Origin: an uncultured Thermoleophilia bacterium
GTDB lineage: Bacteria > Actinomycetota > Thermoleophilia > UBA2241
Assembly (NCBI GenBank): GCA_963709845.1
Contig: CAVPXV010000004.1
Location: 65,181-129,180 of the forward strand
Direction of reading: 5' to 3'
DNA length: 64,000 nt
Shown here piece after piece: positions 63,558-64,000 of the stretch (within the stretch, counting starts at the first letter, position 1; every line of letters begins with the position of its first letter). A program made the translations under genes and the position numbers. Under the pieces are notes generated by a model that saw nothing but the letters and a program-made list of their open reading frames with translations, had not been told where the DNA came from and made no database searches.

Positions 63558-64000
63558 CTATGCCTCGAGCGCGCGCAGGTACGCGGAGATGGCCTCGAGG
63601 CCACCCTCGAGCACCTCGCGCGCACAGGCGTAGCCGATGCGGAAGGCATGCTCGATCTCGAAGCAGGCGCCCGGCACGACGAAGCCGCCGTTGAAGTCGA
63701 AGAGGCCCTGGCAGAACTCGACCGAGGCCGCGGGATACGCGTAGTGGATCAGCGCAGTCGTGCCGGCCCGAGGCCGCACCCAGCTCAGCCGCGGCTCGCG
63801 GCGCAGCCAGGAGTCGAGCACCTCGGCGTTGCCCACCGCGATGGCGCGACTGCGCGCCAGCACCAGGTCCGCGTGCGTGAGGGCAAGCGTGGCGACGATG
63901 TCGTCCAGCACGCCGCAGCTGATCGTCGTGTAGTCGCGCCGGTCGAGGCAGGCCTGCAGGACGGCAGGCGGGGCGACGATCCACCCCGTGCGCAGGCCCG
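63558..64000 (-). CDS. PLP-dependent aminotransferase (class I/II); 5' end beyond the window
   Basis: The C-terminal region ...VLARSRAIAVGNAEVLDSWLRREPRLSWVRPRAGTTALIHY...FDFNGGFVVPGACFEIEHAFRIGYA... is in a frame open to the window edge. Confidence 0.6.
   Translation of the reverse strand, partial: GLRTGWIVAPPAVLQACLDRRDYTTISCGVLDDIVATLALTHADLVLARSRAIAVGNAEVLDSWLRREPRLSWVRPRAGTTALIHYAYPAASVEFCQGLFDFNGGFVVPGACFEIEHAFRIGYACAREVLEGGLEAISAYLRALEA

Overview
This is a high-GC (~70%) chromosomal window with Shine-Dalgarno sites of the GGAGG type and frequent GTG/TTG starts. It looks Actinobacteria-like: a holin-X/DUF3618 pair, an MMPL transporter and an Hsp20 are present. Gene density is high on both strands, and the many long antisense ORFs are GC artefacts.

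Main content by region:
- 1–3.7 kb: a sugar catabolic operon on the minus strand (AraA-like isomerase, FGGY kinase, class I aldolase) plus a divergent XRE/NmrA pair.
- 5.3–10 kb: pyruvate:ferredoxin oxidoreductase translationally coupled to a DHOD-like flavoprotein.
- 10–17 kb: assorted small enzymes (O-methyltransferase, SnoaL-like protein, cyclase lipoprotein, metallophosphoesterase, GNAT, MDR reductase).
- 17–22 kb: PLD, MMPL and two tiny membrane proteins.
- 22–26 kb: frameshifted histidine phosphatase and lipoprotein cytochrome c, plus an NHL propeller protein.
- 26–37 kb: PP2C phosphatase, Hsp20, a DUF1269–arylsulfatase fusion, a STAS protein, tRNA-Gln(CUG) with glnS, and a MsrP-like molybdoenzyme.
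- 37–41 kb: two paralogous 113–114 aa proteins, an extradiol dioxygenase and an APC permease.
- 41–45.6 kb: a ClC channel and a second, frameshifted APC transporter.
- 45.6–50.6 kb: a DUF2254 protein, an orphan KdpD-like histidine kinase and a CaCA antiporter, interspersed with five copies of a ~29-nt palindromic repeat.
- 51–64 kb: a sRNA-like low-GC island ending in a duplicated terminator hairpin, then a PAS-GHKL membrane sensor, a MarR–two ABC exporter half-transporters–C-terminally anchored substrate-binding protein operon, and a nitroreductase, holin-X/DUF3618 pair, aldo/keto reductase (AKR), cupin and partial aminotransferase.

No CRISPR array, integrase or transposase was seen. There is no single obvious novel system. 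The best candidates for follow-up are the palindromic repeat family, the paralogous small proteins, the exporter-plus-SBP operon, the DUF1269–sulfatase fusion, and the unusually high density of frameshifts.
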